64,000 bases of DNA from NCBI GenBank assembly GCA_951406725.2, contig OX597819.1, positions 37,448,001 to 37,512,000 of the forward strand. The letters are read 5' to 3'. This DNA is from Octopus vulgaris (taxonomy: Eukaryota). Position 1 is the first letter of the stretch; the number at the start of each line of letters is the position of its first letter. The notes under the pieces were generated by a model that saw only the letters and a list, made by a program, of their open reading frames with translations, made no database searches and was not told the origin of the DNA. Shown one piece after another: positions 51,019 to 64,000 of the stretch. A program made the translations under genes and the position numbers.

Positions 51019-54000
51019 ATACGTGATGTATGAAGAATGATTGATGAGTGAAAAAATGTTACACAATGCTGGACCTTATAAAGAAGATGAAAAGACCATC
51101 ACAAGTGGCACACTGAAAAAGTCAACATGGAAAAGTGGACGTAAAATATGATTGTTATGATATTGATGATGATGATGATGATAGTGGGTTTCCGTTATAA
51201 ATGCTGCCTTCTGAGAAAAATATGTTTTGAGTTATGCATTTACTGTAAAAACTTTATTTCTTTAGTTTTGGCTTGGCCTGGGTAAAGGGTTATGCTTTTG
51301 ACCTTTGCAGGCCCTATTTAGTTAGTTCAAACCATTATAGTTTCAAGTATATTGGTGCACCAATGGTATTAGTTTCATCTTTTAGTCCTTATCATTAGAT
51401 ATATGAAGTTGATGCTTAAATCAGATTTTCACACATGCACACATGCGTGTACGCATGCATGCCTTAGCCTGAGAGAGAAAGGTTGCAGCCATGACAATTT
51501 GAAGGGAATCTGGGGGTGAAAATTATCCCCAGACCAGAAAGCTGCTCATAATGCTTCATTTAGAGTTTACTCCACTAAAGACATCCAGGATAATGGTGTT
51601 AAACCAGGAAATGCATTAAATCTACCACACAAGGACAGAACATGCTTCCACGGGGTTTCACAAGGCTTTGGTCAATCTGAGGCTATGTAGAAAATGTGAC
51701 TGAGGTGACCAAACCCAAAACATTGAAATTAAAGATGTAATTGTAGTGTATGTTACTTTGGATATAACATAAGTTGGCCATTGTAAGAGTTCTATTAGAA
51801 TGGGTGAAGTAATACTAGAATTGTTGTGATGGCTTCAGAGAAGGAGAGAGAGAAAGAGAGTGGGTGACATTGAGATGGTAAAATGCCAGTTGATTTGAAT
51901 CCTGAATGAGAGAAAAATTAAATCTGCATTTGTATTTGGAGAGGGGTTGAAATACTAATTAAGACAAGAAGTGAACTTCTCAATATTTGCAAATACTTTA
52001 ATATGTTCACCTGAATTTTGATAATGTGTATGCATTCATGCTTCCACATAAAATAAAAGAATAAAATCAGATTATACATGTGAAAATATATCTATTATCT
52101 TCCTTGATTCTCCTTGACTAGATGTAGTAACAGAGGAAATAGGGTTGGTGTGCATGCTTAAAGGTAAAATTGAATTGTTACATATTCACTCCTTGCCAAC
52201 TTGGACAAAAAAAAGTGAAGAATTTAAAAAAGAAACCCTGTCATTATTATAACTTGTCAGTTTGATGGAAGTTTTTAATTTAGGTCACTTTAAAACAGGG
52301 AATTTGTATCATAGATCCAGGGGCAGTTTTAGGTGGGTTGCTATCAAAAGGGTTAAACAGTAGAAATAACAAATGAGAAGGAGAATTAGAAAAGAATGGA
52401 AAAGATAGTGTGTGAGTGTGATCTGTTATACTTTAAAAACGTTAATAGAAAACACAGTACACAGGGAGTTAGTATTTAAATCACTATACAGGTAATAACA
52501 TGACTGCAGAGTCAGCAGAGAATGGGATGCATGCCCCATTCCTTGTGGCATGGGATATGTATGTAGTAGCTGTCTGTGGTTTTAAGTTTGAATCCCACAA
52601 AAATCAACTTGGCCTTTCATTTCTCTTAGAATCACTAAGGTAAAAAAACCAGGCTGTTGGGTTGATAAAATTGTTAAAGGAATGGGTAAAATGCCTTGTG
52701 GTATTTTTTCTGGCTCTTTGCATTGTGTCCTTGGGGTGGTAGACATAATTTGTCACTCACTGCTTAGCCTTTGCATACTTTTAGTGGAGTTCACTCTGTT
52801 GTAAGCATTTGAGCCAGATCTCCAGTTAAGGGATAACTTCCTATTCTCCGCCCATGAAACTGAGGACCTTTTAAAAATCATAAGCACTGCTCTTCCTTCC
52901 CTGAAAAAAAAAATTATGTAATATGTAACATAATAGCACTAAGAAGATGTTTGTACAGAATATTGACTCTTTGTAGACAAAACCTTATTGATGCTTCTAC
53001 TATAAAGAAAACTGGATCTAGGAGATAGCAAAATAGTAAGAATGCAGTTTTTTTTTAAAATTTTGAATGAAATATCAGAATCTCAGACAATGAAAAATGT
53101 ATATAAATTCTTGAAAATATTTGGCTTTTTCTGGCATAAAAATGGTAGTCAGTGGATTGTTCTAGTCATAGGTTAAGCAGCAGGGCCAGTTGATTTGTAC
53201 TTTTATCTTTTAACCATTTCTTCAAGTGAAAGTGGGTGGATAAAATACAAGATTTCATATTATTTCAAGCTTTGTATAAATTTCTGGAACCATTTTGTCT
53301 GTGATTGAGTAGTGAGAGTAGTGAAACATACTTAATAGCAGAGTGCTACAGGATTCATGATCTTTTTAGCATGAGACTTTAATCATGTTCCTTATTCTGT
53401 CACTATTGAGAGTTCACAGGAATGCAGGCTTATTCCATGACCCACTTTATTATTTGGCTCTTTGTGTACTTGTAGTAGGTCTTACTGTTATGAGATTTCA
53501 GGCCTTACAATATGGGGATGACTCCTCCCTTTTTTCATTCCAATAATCTACTCTAAACTGCATTAAAAAAATATATATATATATAAAATAGATATTTGAG
53601 TTCAATATAATTTTTCTGTATTTAATTCTTACAAGTTTTATTACCAAACTCAGTACTTTTCAAAATCTTTTATTAATGTCCAATTTAAATTGATTGTTTT
53701 TCAGGTTTTCTGTATTCCAATAGAAAATTTAATTTTTGATTTAGACAAAGTGACTGAACTTTACTAAAATTACCTGACTGTGTACATTTATTTGCCAGTA
53801 TGAATAGTAGGGCATCAAGCTGTATTATTTAACAGTATTTAAATTAAGTTCATCCTTCTCTAGTCTCAGTTAACATACCAGAGTATTAAACTTAATATCT
53901 TAGAGTATTTAGGTTCATCCTTTGGTGGCTTCAGTCAAAACTCACTGATTGATTTTGTTACATTGATCGATTTTGTGACATACATGAATTTATTCAATCA

Positions 54001-54966
54001 ACTTTATCCTCTCTCCTTAAAATCTTGGCCTTCTATCTAATCAAGAGAAATTAATAGTTAAGAAAAAAAAGCTTCAGGTACAAAATCTACTATAACGTTT
54101 ATGGTTCCTTGAAATATTTAAGCATTATATAATTTCTGATCTTGTGCTAATCAAGACAAAAATGATGTATGTTGAGATGTGATTAGTGTTCAATTGTCCA
54201 GTTGTTATTAGTTTTTAATTAAAGCCATAATTAAAATTGGTTCTGAGACACAGGAGTGGTTGTGTAGTTGAGAAGTTTGTTTCTTAACCATGGGTCTTTT
54301 CTGCTATAGACCTGGATCATTCAGTATTTTGTGAGGAAATTTGATAGAAAGAGAAAGAAGCTCTGTATGTGTGAATGTTTCCAAGTGTCTTCTATAGCCC
54401 TGGGCCATCCAATACCTTGTAAAAGAATTCGTTTGAAAGAAACTGAAAGAAGCCTATCATGTGTGTATTGAGTATTTACAATCTTTACTGAGCTGCAACT
54501 ACAAACAGTGACATCACTATTTTTAGATGGGTTGCTACCAGTAATGTTTATTAACATTTCCTGTCAACTTTCAGCTAGTTGTTAGTGACAGGAAGATTAT
54601 CCAGCTATAAAAATCCTGCCCCCAAAACCTCATTGTCTAATCCATGCTAACATGGAAAATAGATGTTGAACTAACAAAATAGAAACCAACTTTTTGAAAT
54701 AAGATCTGCTTTCACCTTTTGCAATCTGTGCCACTGTCAGATCTTGAGCTCCATGATATAAATCTTCACCATAGTGCCACCAGTTTATTCTTGTATGTGT
54801 ACTGAGCAGATTTTCTTTGATTACAAAAATTAGTTACAGTCATTCAACGTTATCATTTGATGGTTAATTGTTAGAAGATACTTATTTCTGCTTATTTTTT
54901 CTCTGATCTCAAATTCTTTATCAATTTGTTATGATTTATTTATTCATTCTTTTGATTTATTTTCAG

Positions 54967-55218
54967 TAAAAGAAGAAAGTTCTAAATACAGTGATGATGA
55001 ACAAAATAACTTGTCGGCATTTCTGGGACCAAACCTTTGGGAAAAATCCAGTGGTGCTGATTTCAAACTGGAGTACATGGATCTTGATGAATTTCTAGTG
55101 GAGAATGGTATCCCTCTTGATCCGGTGAATGATTCATTAGACAGTAATGACAAAAATACTGCGTCAGATGTTTCATTGGACAGTTTTGTACAGTCACCTG
55201 AGCAACTCAACTTAAAAG
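54967..55218 (+). CDS. HLF: PAR-bZIP (HLF/TEF/DBP/Pdp1-like) internal exon, transactivation domain
   Basis: tttcag acceptor, AAAG|gtttgt donor, 252 nt phase 1-1. Encodes [49 protein letters not shown]..., matching the PAR-family motifs (AFLGPxLWxK, [16 protein letters not shown]). Confidence 0.93.
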
Positions 55219-55927
55219 GTTTGTACTTGTCTTATTTTTATACATCAAGTATTCACATGTTTATATGTTCACATTTTGTTTATATGTTCACATTTTGTGA
55301 ACAATAGCAACATTGATTATAGGCTTCCTGCCACTGATTCAATGTATTTACAATAGCAATGGTAACAAAGGATTTTCAGTTCAACTTGAGCAAAACAAAT
55401 AGCATGAGGGACTACATTCAAAAGAACTGGAATATGGATTTTATCAGTGATATTTACACTTTTCATACAGAAACGTATCCTCATGTATACACCATGGGTA
55501 TTTTTGCACAATTTTGGTCTACCAAATTCCACTCACAATACATTGATTCACCTAAGTTTATAAGCAGAAGACACTTGCCCAAAGTGAGTAGGAATGGACC
55601 TGGTGCCTTATGGCTGTGATGCAAACTCTTTAACCACACATCCATACCAGGTCCTATATGTTTTGTACAAATTGTCACCATTAATGTCCATCAGAGATAA
55701 GACCCGACTACATGGTAAAATAATTCTACAGATGTTGGTTTCAGCCTTACCTTTTTGAATGTTTGAATGAATTTCCCCAGTGAAAAATATTTCAGTGTTG
55801 CTGAACATTTCCAGCATGGTGGTTCAGATTATTTCACTTAGTTTCTCATATCCTGTAAACTTAGGTTTTATGTCTTTTATCTAAATTCATTGACAATATA
55901 AATATAATTGTCTGTGAGTGATATTGA

Positions 55928-56296
55928 TCTATATATATATATATAAATGGCAAAATGTCTGTGTGTGCGTCCTTTATACAAATCCACAATTTTTCAGTTA
56001 GAGGGCTCGCACTTTCTATGGTCATTAAAAACCGTCCAAGGTGGTTGTGCACATCTTTACATTTCCCCAGTCACCCTGCAAAGCCATAAAAAAATCAATA
56101 GAAGTGACTTTTTTGTGAATTTTCTATCCAAAACCCAATCAAAATGCCTGAAACTTGATACGCTAATTGAATGCCAGCTAGCTGTATGTGATTGGTGAAA
56201 GATTTGGACAGTACTCGCGTGTATGTGCACACACACACGCAGCTGTATATGCATGCACTAGCACTATGACCTGGCGTTGCTGGGTCATAGTGCTAG
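55928..56296 (+). mobile_element. Non-autonomous Helitron
   Basis: A|TC...hairpin-CTAG|T; very similar to 17517-17878. Confidence 0.85.
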
Positions 56297-56487
56297 TTAG
56301 ATATAAAGATATTAAAATGTTCATCAACTGATGATTGAAAAAGAAAATCAATGGTATAGAATATTTAACTTTAAATAGATTTAAATCTTTATATTATGCT
56401 TTACATTAAAGATTGAGAGGGAGGGAAAAAAATTTACTTTTCAGAAATACAACACAGAATACTAAACTTGACCTCAGTAGTACATAC

Positions 56488-56560
56488 GGGCATATGGCAT
56501 AGTGGTTAAGAGCGCAGTCTACTAACCCCAAGATTTTGAGTTCTATTCCAGGCAGTGTGA
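56488..56560 (+). mobile_element. tRNA-like SINE head
   Basis: GGGCATATGGCATAGTGGTTAAGAGCGC...GAGTTCTATTCC: A and B boxes without a proper acceptor stem. Confidence 0.55.
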
Positions 56561-57046
56561 CTCTACTATTTAACTTACCTAAGAGCAAAAACCACATCAG
56601 AAATAACGTGATTACCCACTAAACTTTCAAAAAGCCAGTCTATTTCATGGGAGATAACTCTCATAAACTTTTCAAATTTAAGATAAACGCATTTAAGTTT
56701 ATTTCTCTGCAACCTTCTTAATCTCACATGTTTGAGCCGAATTGCATACGAAATAATAATAGGGAAATCTTTATTCCTCTTTCTTATTCTTATCCCCAAT
56801 ATGCTTCCACCTGAACTCTGTCTGTCGCCCTCTCTTCCCCCCCCCCCACCTCTCTCTGTTCTTCAACAGAATATTTTCTGGTGAATTTGTGGTTTCTTAA
56901 CTTGGATGTTGGAACCTTATGGAAAGTACTAGGTATTAAGAGGGGCTGTGATTTTACTTATAAAGAAAATTATTTAAGCCAGGTACAATACTTACATTTT
57001 AAACACATTTTCAAAACAAATCTTTGTCAGGATTAGAAGATAAAGA

Positions 57047-57525
57047 GCGGCTAACCAGCTTCCATGCCAGTGGCACTTAAAGGGCACCATTCGAGCGTGA
57101 TCGTTACCAGCGTCGCCTTACTGGCACTTATGCCTGTGCTAGTAGGGTGCCAAGAGCACCATCCGAGCGTGATCGCTGCCAGAGCAGCCAACTGGCTTCC
57201 ATAGCCGTGGCACGTAAAAGGGCATCATTCGAGCGTGATCGTTACCAACGTCACCTTATTGGCACCTGTGCTGGTGGCATGTGTAAAAGGATTCGAGCGT
57301 GGCCGTTGCCAGTACTACCTGACTGGCCCCCGTGCTGGTGGCATGTAAAAAGCACCCACTACAAACTCGGAGTGGTTGGCGTTAGGAAGGGCATCCAGCT
57401 GTAGAAACTCTGCCAGATCAAGACTGGAACTTGGTGCAGCCATCTGGTTTGCCAGCCTTCAGTCAAAATCGTCCAACCCATGTTAGCATGGAAAGCGGAC
57501 GTTAAACGATGATGATGATGATGAT
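57047..57525 (+). mobile_element. SINE family C with expanded internal subrepeats
   Basis: Four (T/C)CGAGCGTG(AT/GC)CG units; (GAT)n tail. Confidence 0.8.
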
Positions 57526-58063
57526 ATCAAGAAAGGGACAATAAAAAATTGAAAATATTCAGAAGATGAACACTCATGTATAAGCATATAGATATTTATA
57601 TATTTGCAAAAGAAATTTACATGGAGTACAAAATATACAGAAAACTAAGTGGAGAAAGTAAGGTAATTCAAGTCTGACAACTGTTTCTGACAGCTTGGAA
57701 TTATGTAATAGCTGTAATGCTCATAATGGTGGATGTAGTGTGCAAAAAGTCTAGGATATATGTGTGTGTGTGTGTGTGTGTATTACACACACATACACAC
57801 GTACTGAAGGAAATCCTGATCCTCCCTTTCTCTAAACACTGTGCCCCCTTTATTTCAACCCCCATGAACTCACTCTCTACCCATGAGGGCACTACCACTC
57901 TGGTTAAGAACCACCAGTCTAATGATATAGTCATAAAATGTTAATTTATCTGTGAGAAATAAATATATGTTTCTGTGTCTAGACTCATCAGCTGTTTTTC
58001 CTTCACTCTCTCAAGATTTCATTATAAATATATATTTGCATTTTTTTTCTCCCTTTTCTTCAG

Positions 58064-58138
58064 TCAAAGACGAGGATCTTCACAGTGTTTCCTCAGACTC
58101 TACCGCATACAAACAAGAAGACAATGAATTAATACCAG
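58064..58138 (+). CDS. HLF: PAR-bZIP internal exon (VKDEDLHSVSSDSTAYKQEDNELIP)
   Basis: Long pyrimidine tract plus cttcag acceptor, CCAG|gtgagc donor, 75 nt phase 1-1, open and in frame with flanking exons. Confidence 0.8.
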
Positions 58139-59389
58139 GTGAGCTCCCCTATTCTGATGGTAACGTACATGATGTTTCTTCTTGGTTTAGTGAAATTCTT
58201 GTCAAAAGAATGTTTTTCTTCACTTAATGCTGTCTTCATGTCAGCTAAGCAGTAATAATCAACTGAATTCACCAATTCAGATGGACAGGTATTTTTTTTT
58301 TTTCTTATACAATGGGTTTGAATGAAGACTGATACTGTTAATGTTCCTTTTGGATTATTGTAAGCCAACAACTGTAGAAAAAATACGAGCAAGGAAGGAG
58401 TTCTAGAGAACTGAAACTCTGAGATGAATGGATTAAGTATATTGATTGATGCAGGACCTAGGAATGGGATTGGCTACAACACAGATGATAAGAAGGGAGG
58501 GGAAATGAGGGAATCAGGAATGGCAGAATGGAAGTGGCATGAGGCCTGCCAGCTGAGAGGCAGAGGCCATTAGAGTGGTAGTAGAAAGTAGAGGAGACAG
58601 AGTATATTTACTTACTGAGTGAGTCTAAGATTTTTATACTATGTTATCTTTGAAGAAATAGAGCATAGCCAGAAATCACTTTTGATTCCCCTTAACTATA
58701 TGTAGTAACTGAGGAAATAAGTTGGGTGTTTATGCTTAATGGTGAAAATTAATTACATACTAATGTCCAACTGATGCCAGCATGGAGTATAGATATTAAA
58801 TGATGATGACAAAGCTGACCGTGTTTTTTAAAAATGGAAACATTGTTAGGGAGAAGGTGAGTTTCTCCATAATTCAGCTCTCAGAAAGTAAGGTTTAGGA
58901 AAAGTACCTTTTTTATCTTTAAGTTAGGAGGGAAGGCATTGCCATCATCCTTTACAGAGCCCCCAAGACTGGTGGGAATTGGTAAGGCACCGTCAAACTA
59001 GAGACCTAGCTTGATTACTTTTGATAGAATGAACTTCACAAAAGGTATCCAAAGTAGCAGGTAATGACATTAAGCTGGATAACAGAGTAATCCTTTAGCA
59101 TTCAGTTTACTCTGTTGATTGTAATTTATATTTATTAACACTGTTTTGAATTAATCATGTATTATCTCATAGTTTCATGATTTTGATGATATGACTGTTT
59201 ATTTTTAGGATAATATTGTAAGGTAGGTGTGAGAGGTTGAATTTGGCTAATTTAAACCTAAAATAGATAGAATAATTGGGTTGGATATGGCCAGTTTGAA
59301 TGCTAAAGAGTTAAGTCAATAACTTAGGTAGGCTACAGTTGAATTGAATACAAAGAACCAGAATGCAAGGCATTCAGCCTGACATTAAA

Positions 59390-59850
59390 ATAATAATGAA
59401 ATTATTGTATACAGTGCTCAGGTGCACCACAACTTGTCAAAAAGTGCATATAAAGCATGTGCCTTAATGTACAAATGTTTGGAAATCGAACAGTGTTTGA
59501 GTCAGATACATGCTTGCGTGTGTATGGAGGGGAGAAAATCAGGTGTAGTGTTGGCGAATCTCAGGAAGCATGGAAGTTTTCAAGGATGCAGTGCTCTGAC
59601 AACTAATAACTGATGCTGGCAGTCTGTTCCATGCTTCTGCAACTCTTCGCGTGAAAAAATGCTTCCGAAAGTCATGGGAGCTGTGCTGTTTTCTGACTTT
59701 GTAAACATGTCCACGGGTGTTAGACAGGTGGAGTTTGAAAATGTGCTCAGAGTTATTGTTTGTAAGATAGTTAATAATTTTATGGGTGTCTGCCAAGTCA
59801 GCTACCAGACGTCGGAGTTTCAATGTGTCCATGCCCAGATTCTTACAGAA
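59390..59850 (-). mobile_element. CR1-type LINE 3' fragment
   Basis: LKLRRLVADL...TRGH...RKHFFTRRVAEAWNRLP, the CR1 C-terminal signature. Confidence 0.85.
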
Positions 59851-61002
59851 TTGCCAGTCTACCACTCTTGTTTGGTTCTATTTTATCAATTTAATTTGGA
59901 GTTCGTCTGGAGGGTAATCATCAGCAATGATAACAGAATGAAAATAGATAAGTGCCTCCCCTATGTCTGACAAAGAAAATTATACTGTTGGATGAGCACA
60001 GACTTTTGTAAAAGCAGGGTAAAAGATCAAAGAGAGATGCCACTTTACTCAGAGTTAATAGTTTTACAATGCTTAAGGATTTAAGACATGTATTTTAAGC
60101 ATACAGCTTTCTCTTGGATGCAGTCGTGAATGTTTGTGTATTTGTATGAAGGTGTGTGTGTGTGTATTAAGTCTACAGTGATTAAGTACAAGTTTAAAAA
60201 CATCAAATATTGACACCATAAATGGATGTAATTGTTCAAACACTTCTATTGTTAGGTGACATGCAAAAAAAAAAAAAAAAACAACAAAAGACTTCATCAA
60301 TATTAAGTAACTAACCCTCTAATATTGAAGTAAAATAATTTCTTCAATAGGCTGTTTCTATTGCTTGTTAATGTTTTTTCTTTTCTTTTTCGTTACATTG
60401 AATCCTTTTAATATCAGCCCACCTGAGACCACCACTCCATTTGATTCTATCATAAAAAAAAAATAGATAACATCTCATTTGAAAACATTCATGTTTAAAC
60501 TCCCACTATAATCTTATATATGACTCTTGTTATAAGTTATATCCAAATATCAACAACATCAAAGTTAGTTACTTTATTAAACTCCTCAACCTCGCTCTAA
60601 ATTCTTGATTATTTTCATTAAAATACATTGACAATGTATTTCATGAGATATATGGTCACAAAATAGTTACTGAGTGGCATAACTATTTATGATGAGTGGC
60701 ATATAATATGTTAAAGAGAATCATGTGAAGGCTGTAGTTTTTTGTGTTCTTGTGTTAGTCATTTCTGAGTCATTCTATGAGGAATATATTTTTTATCAAA
60801 AAATCAAATATTTAAACTTGTCTTGTCGCCAGCTGAGTGTATATTTTTAAGGGTCTTGAACTCAAATCTAAGCCAACCAATGTGTCAGTGTCCACTGGTA
60901 TTACACTGGCCTACATTAGTGTCCTCATTCTATTTGATTTATTCAATTGTCAGCAGATTAATATGCTGTGCTGTTACACATTTTACATTCGGTTCTTTGT
61001 AG

Positions 61003-61140
61003 AAGATGATGATGATCAAGAAGATGATGAGGATGAGGATGAGGATGAGGATGAGGATGATGATGAGGATGATGATGATGATAGTAATTGTAATTCTGAT
61101 GTATTTGAGCCACCAAAACCTGGCAGATCTCAGGTTCCAG
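61003..61140 (+). CDS. HLF: PAR-bZIP internal exon, poly-Asp/Glu tract then SNCNSDVFEPPKPGRSQVP
   Basis: ctttgtag acceptor, CCAG|gtaaaa donor, 138 nt phase 1-1. The terminal 'VP' plus G of the next exon gives the VPG motif that precedes the PAR domain. Confidence 0.85.
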
Positions 61141-62464
61141 GTAAAAATAAATTCTTTTTCCTTGTGTATGTTAATTTTATTTGAAAAGGAATATCTCAGC
61201 GGCAAAAATCTTCTAAGAAATCTTGGAATCAAACTCTAGAACTGTCTCCAGATAGAGACAAAGATTCCTTGAAATCATTCAAGTTGATTTTCCAACTGCT
61301 TATTTTATTCCTCACAGTTTTGAAATATTTAAGCCAATAATTTTTAGTTATTCTTTCTTAAATCCCAACATATAATTTGTCTTTTCACAGTCTACGTCTT
61401 TAGATTGCTTTATTCGTGTTTTCCATATATCTCATGATACCATGCTCCTTGAAAGTTCCTCTTTTGGTCACAAATCTGGACAAGGCTTTTCATAGAAGAC
61501 CAACAGTTGTCCATGCATGCAAATTTCTTATTTTCATGCCACCAGTATTATCTAAGGGAAAGGCAAGGGCCAGTACAACTTGTCGCCAGTGTCATTGCAG
61601 TTGGTGCCGCGAATACCCAAAGATCCAGAACCGATATCAGTATCTTAACAGAACTGGTATTTTTGCTATTCATCTTGAAAGGATGAAAGGAAATATTAAC
61701 CTTGGAGCAGTCTGAACTAGAGATGCAAAGAGCCAGAACTAAGACTGCATGTTATTCCTCTGCATTTCATTGTAAAATATTATCTAAAAGAAGTGTGGAT
61801 TTAAATGTTAACAGCAAGCTATATTTTGCTCTACCATTCCTCTAACAAATGAATATTGCCACACATTTCATCATCGTCATCCTCATTCACAAACAACTGT
61901 ATACCAAATGCAAACTATGTTAGAGGATAGCTTAGAAAATATCTATTGACAGGTGAATATAAATTTAACAGGATGAAGGTTATTAGTGCACACCATCATC
62001 ATCATTTTGTATTCATTTTCTGTGCTGACATGGGTTGGAGAACCATGTCTTGCACATGCAATTTCAATTTTGGCTTGGTTTCTATGTCTAGATGTCCTTC
62101 CAAACAGCAACCACTTTATAGAGTGTATTGCATGCATTTTATCATGGCATTAGCACTAGAGAGGTTATCATATCATTAACGAGATTAAAAGGTCCTCTTA
62201 ATTGCACACCTCCAATCATTCATCAATTACTTTGCAGGTTATCCTGAGTAGATTTATAGAGGTACCTACACTAGATATACACAAATGCATCACGATTATT
62301 AACAACAGATTGACTTTTTACCTTATCAATACCAGGACAGTTGAATACTCCAAAGATTATTAAATATTATTTTGCCATTCAGCTCCTTAGAGTTTTACAC
62401 AAACCCAGTTTATCTTATACTATTCTGAATCACTATTATATACGTGTACTTAATTACTTGTGGC

Positions 62465-62850
62465 GACATTCACCCTGGGCGGGTTGAGTCGGCCTCTTCT
62501 ACCACCCTCGAGGCATCTCGAACCATGGCAGCCCACGCACGATGGTCCTGCACCAGTTCACTGGAGATAGCGAGCCAGTCACAGTTCCATCGGCGCAGGC
62601 CAACCACCTGCGGACCCGTGAGCACGGAGAGGTCCTCCTTGATCGTCGTAGCCCAGGTCTTCAGCTGCTCACCTGCACGTTTCCACCAGTTGGGAAGTGG
62701 AGTTGGAAGAAGGACATCACGGCTCAGTTCACCCACCAGATGCCTACATGCATGGCCAAACCACCGCAAGCACCGTTGCAGAAGGACAGATGGGAGGGGC
62801 CGCAGAGACAGGTGAAGTCGGAGATGGCGGTGCCAACTCAATCCACCCGA
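62465..62850 (-). mobile_element. RTE-type LINE 3' fragment
   Basis: LRWFGH...KRAGEQLKTW...QDHRAW; GC-rich block. Confidence 0.8.
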
Positions 62851-63314
62851 TGGCAGCGAAGAATGCATATACATGTCTAAAACTATATCTACCTATTTTA
62901 ACATAAGGTTAACATAAGTTTCATAATCTATAGCATTAAGCCAATGAGATAAACATTTCTTTCTAGCTGAAAATTTATCGTAGGTAATAATCCAAGTTGA
63001 TCTGTGGGTATTCTCAACAGGTAAGTAAACTGAAGAATATAGTATTAACAATCTTGCATAATAAAACAGCAAATATGAATTCAGGATCTGGTGGTTCAGT
63101 ATCCTACAAGCCTACACAATTTGTCTACCTAGATAAGTTTTATATAGATGATCAATTATTTAGGTATCAAGACTCAGACAAAATTTACAAAGCAATTTCT
63201 TTGTATTTTCTCATTTGATATCTTTCGGTATCGTATCTTCCAGCAATATTTTATGCACTTTCAGCAATGTCATTGATATATGTTAATTATTTAATGACTT
63301 TCTTTAAATTTCAG

Positions 63315-63397
63315 GTAAAAATGGTTTTGACCCTGCCAAGCGAAAATTTTCATCAGATGAACTGAAGCCTCAACCACTTGTCAAAAAATCTAAGAAA
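63315..63397 (+). CDS. HLF: PAR-bZIP exon, PAR domain and basic extension (GKNGFDPAKRKFSSDELKPQPLVKKSKK)
   Basis: tttcag acceptor, AAA|gtaagt donor (phase 0). Matches the FDPxKRxFSxxELKPQPxxKKxxK signature of HLF/TEF/DBP/Pdp1. bZIP exon expected downstream of the window. Confidence 0.95.
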
Positions 63398-64000
63398 GTA
63401 AGTTAACTCTTTCACATTCACATTTTTGTTGGTTTTCGGGTGGTGGTGGTGGTGGACTGGCAGAATCATTGGCAGAGTTGTTGGACAAAATGCCTTACAG
63501 CATTTTCTCTGCCCCTTTACATTCAGGGTTCAAATCTTACTAAGGTTGACTTTGCTTTTTATCCCTTTGAAGTCTCTTAGTACCAGTCAAATAATGAAGT
63601 CAATGATATCAACCAGGCACCTCCACACAAATTTCAAGCCTTGCACCTACATTTCTTTCTAATTTTGGTTCAAGGCCAGCAATTTTGAGGAGAGAGGAAA
63701 GTTGATTACATGAACATCAGGATGGAACTGGTACTTATTTTATTGATCCTGAAAGGAATAAAGACAAAGTTAACCTCGGTGATGTTTTGAACTTAATATG
63801 TAACAAGCCAAAAGGAATAGCATTTAGCATTTGGTCCAGTGTGGTAGCAGTTCTGCTTGCTCACCACCTTAGGCTTTGTATCTTTATTAGAAACAATATT
63901 CCTATAGATTTCAGTCAAGTTAGAAACAATCAAGAATTTGAATGAATTTAATAAAATAATTTTTTGCCATTTTAAAGATCTCATCTCCCGCCTCTAACTT

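Noticed and set aside
56488-56560. tRNA gene (also heads at 2640-2700 and 35670-35740)
   Set aside because: A/B boxes are present but there is no closed acceptor stem; these are SINE heads.

Overview
AT-rich, repeat-dense eukaryotic DNA. The tRNA-derived SINE families look like those of an octopus or other coleoid cephalopod (inferred from repeat recognition, not confirmed). The one clear host gene is a + strand PAR-bZIP transcription factor (HLF/TEF/DBP/Pdp1 family). Four phase-compatible coding exons (54967-55218, 58064-58138, 61003-61140, 63315-63397) encode the transactivation domain, an acidic tract and the PAR domain; the bZIP exon lies beyond the window. A probable first coding exon is at 43212-43530, and a CpG/E-box-rich candidate promoter is at about 21150-21900. 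The rest is intronic or intergenic: several SINE families, a decayed CR1-type LINE, RTE/CR1 3' fragments, a Tc1/mariner relic, piggyBac-, hAT- and Merlin-like MITEs, non-autonomous Helitrons and long foldback palindromes. The most notable hidden signal is a set of hammerhead-ribozyme folds in Penelope-like inverted repeats, including an intact-looking minimal hammerhead with a compensatory A3-U8 core pair in the clock-gene intron. There are also splice signals suggesting a divergent antisense transcript.
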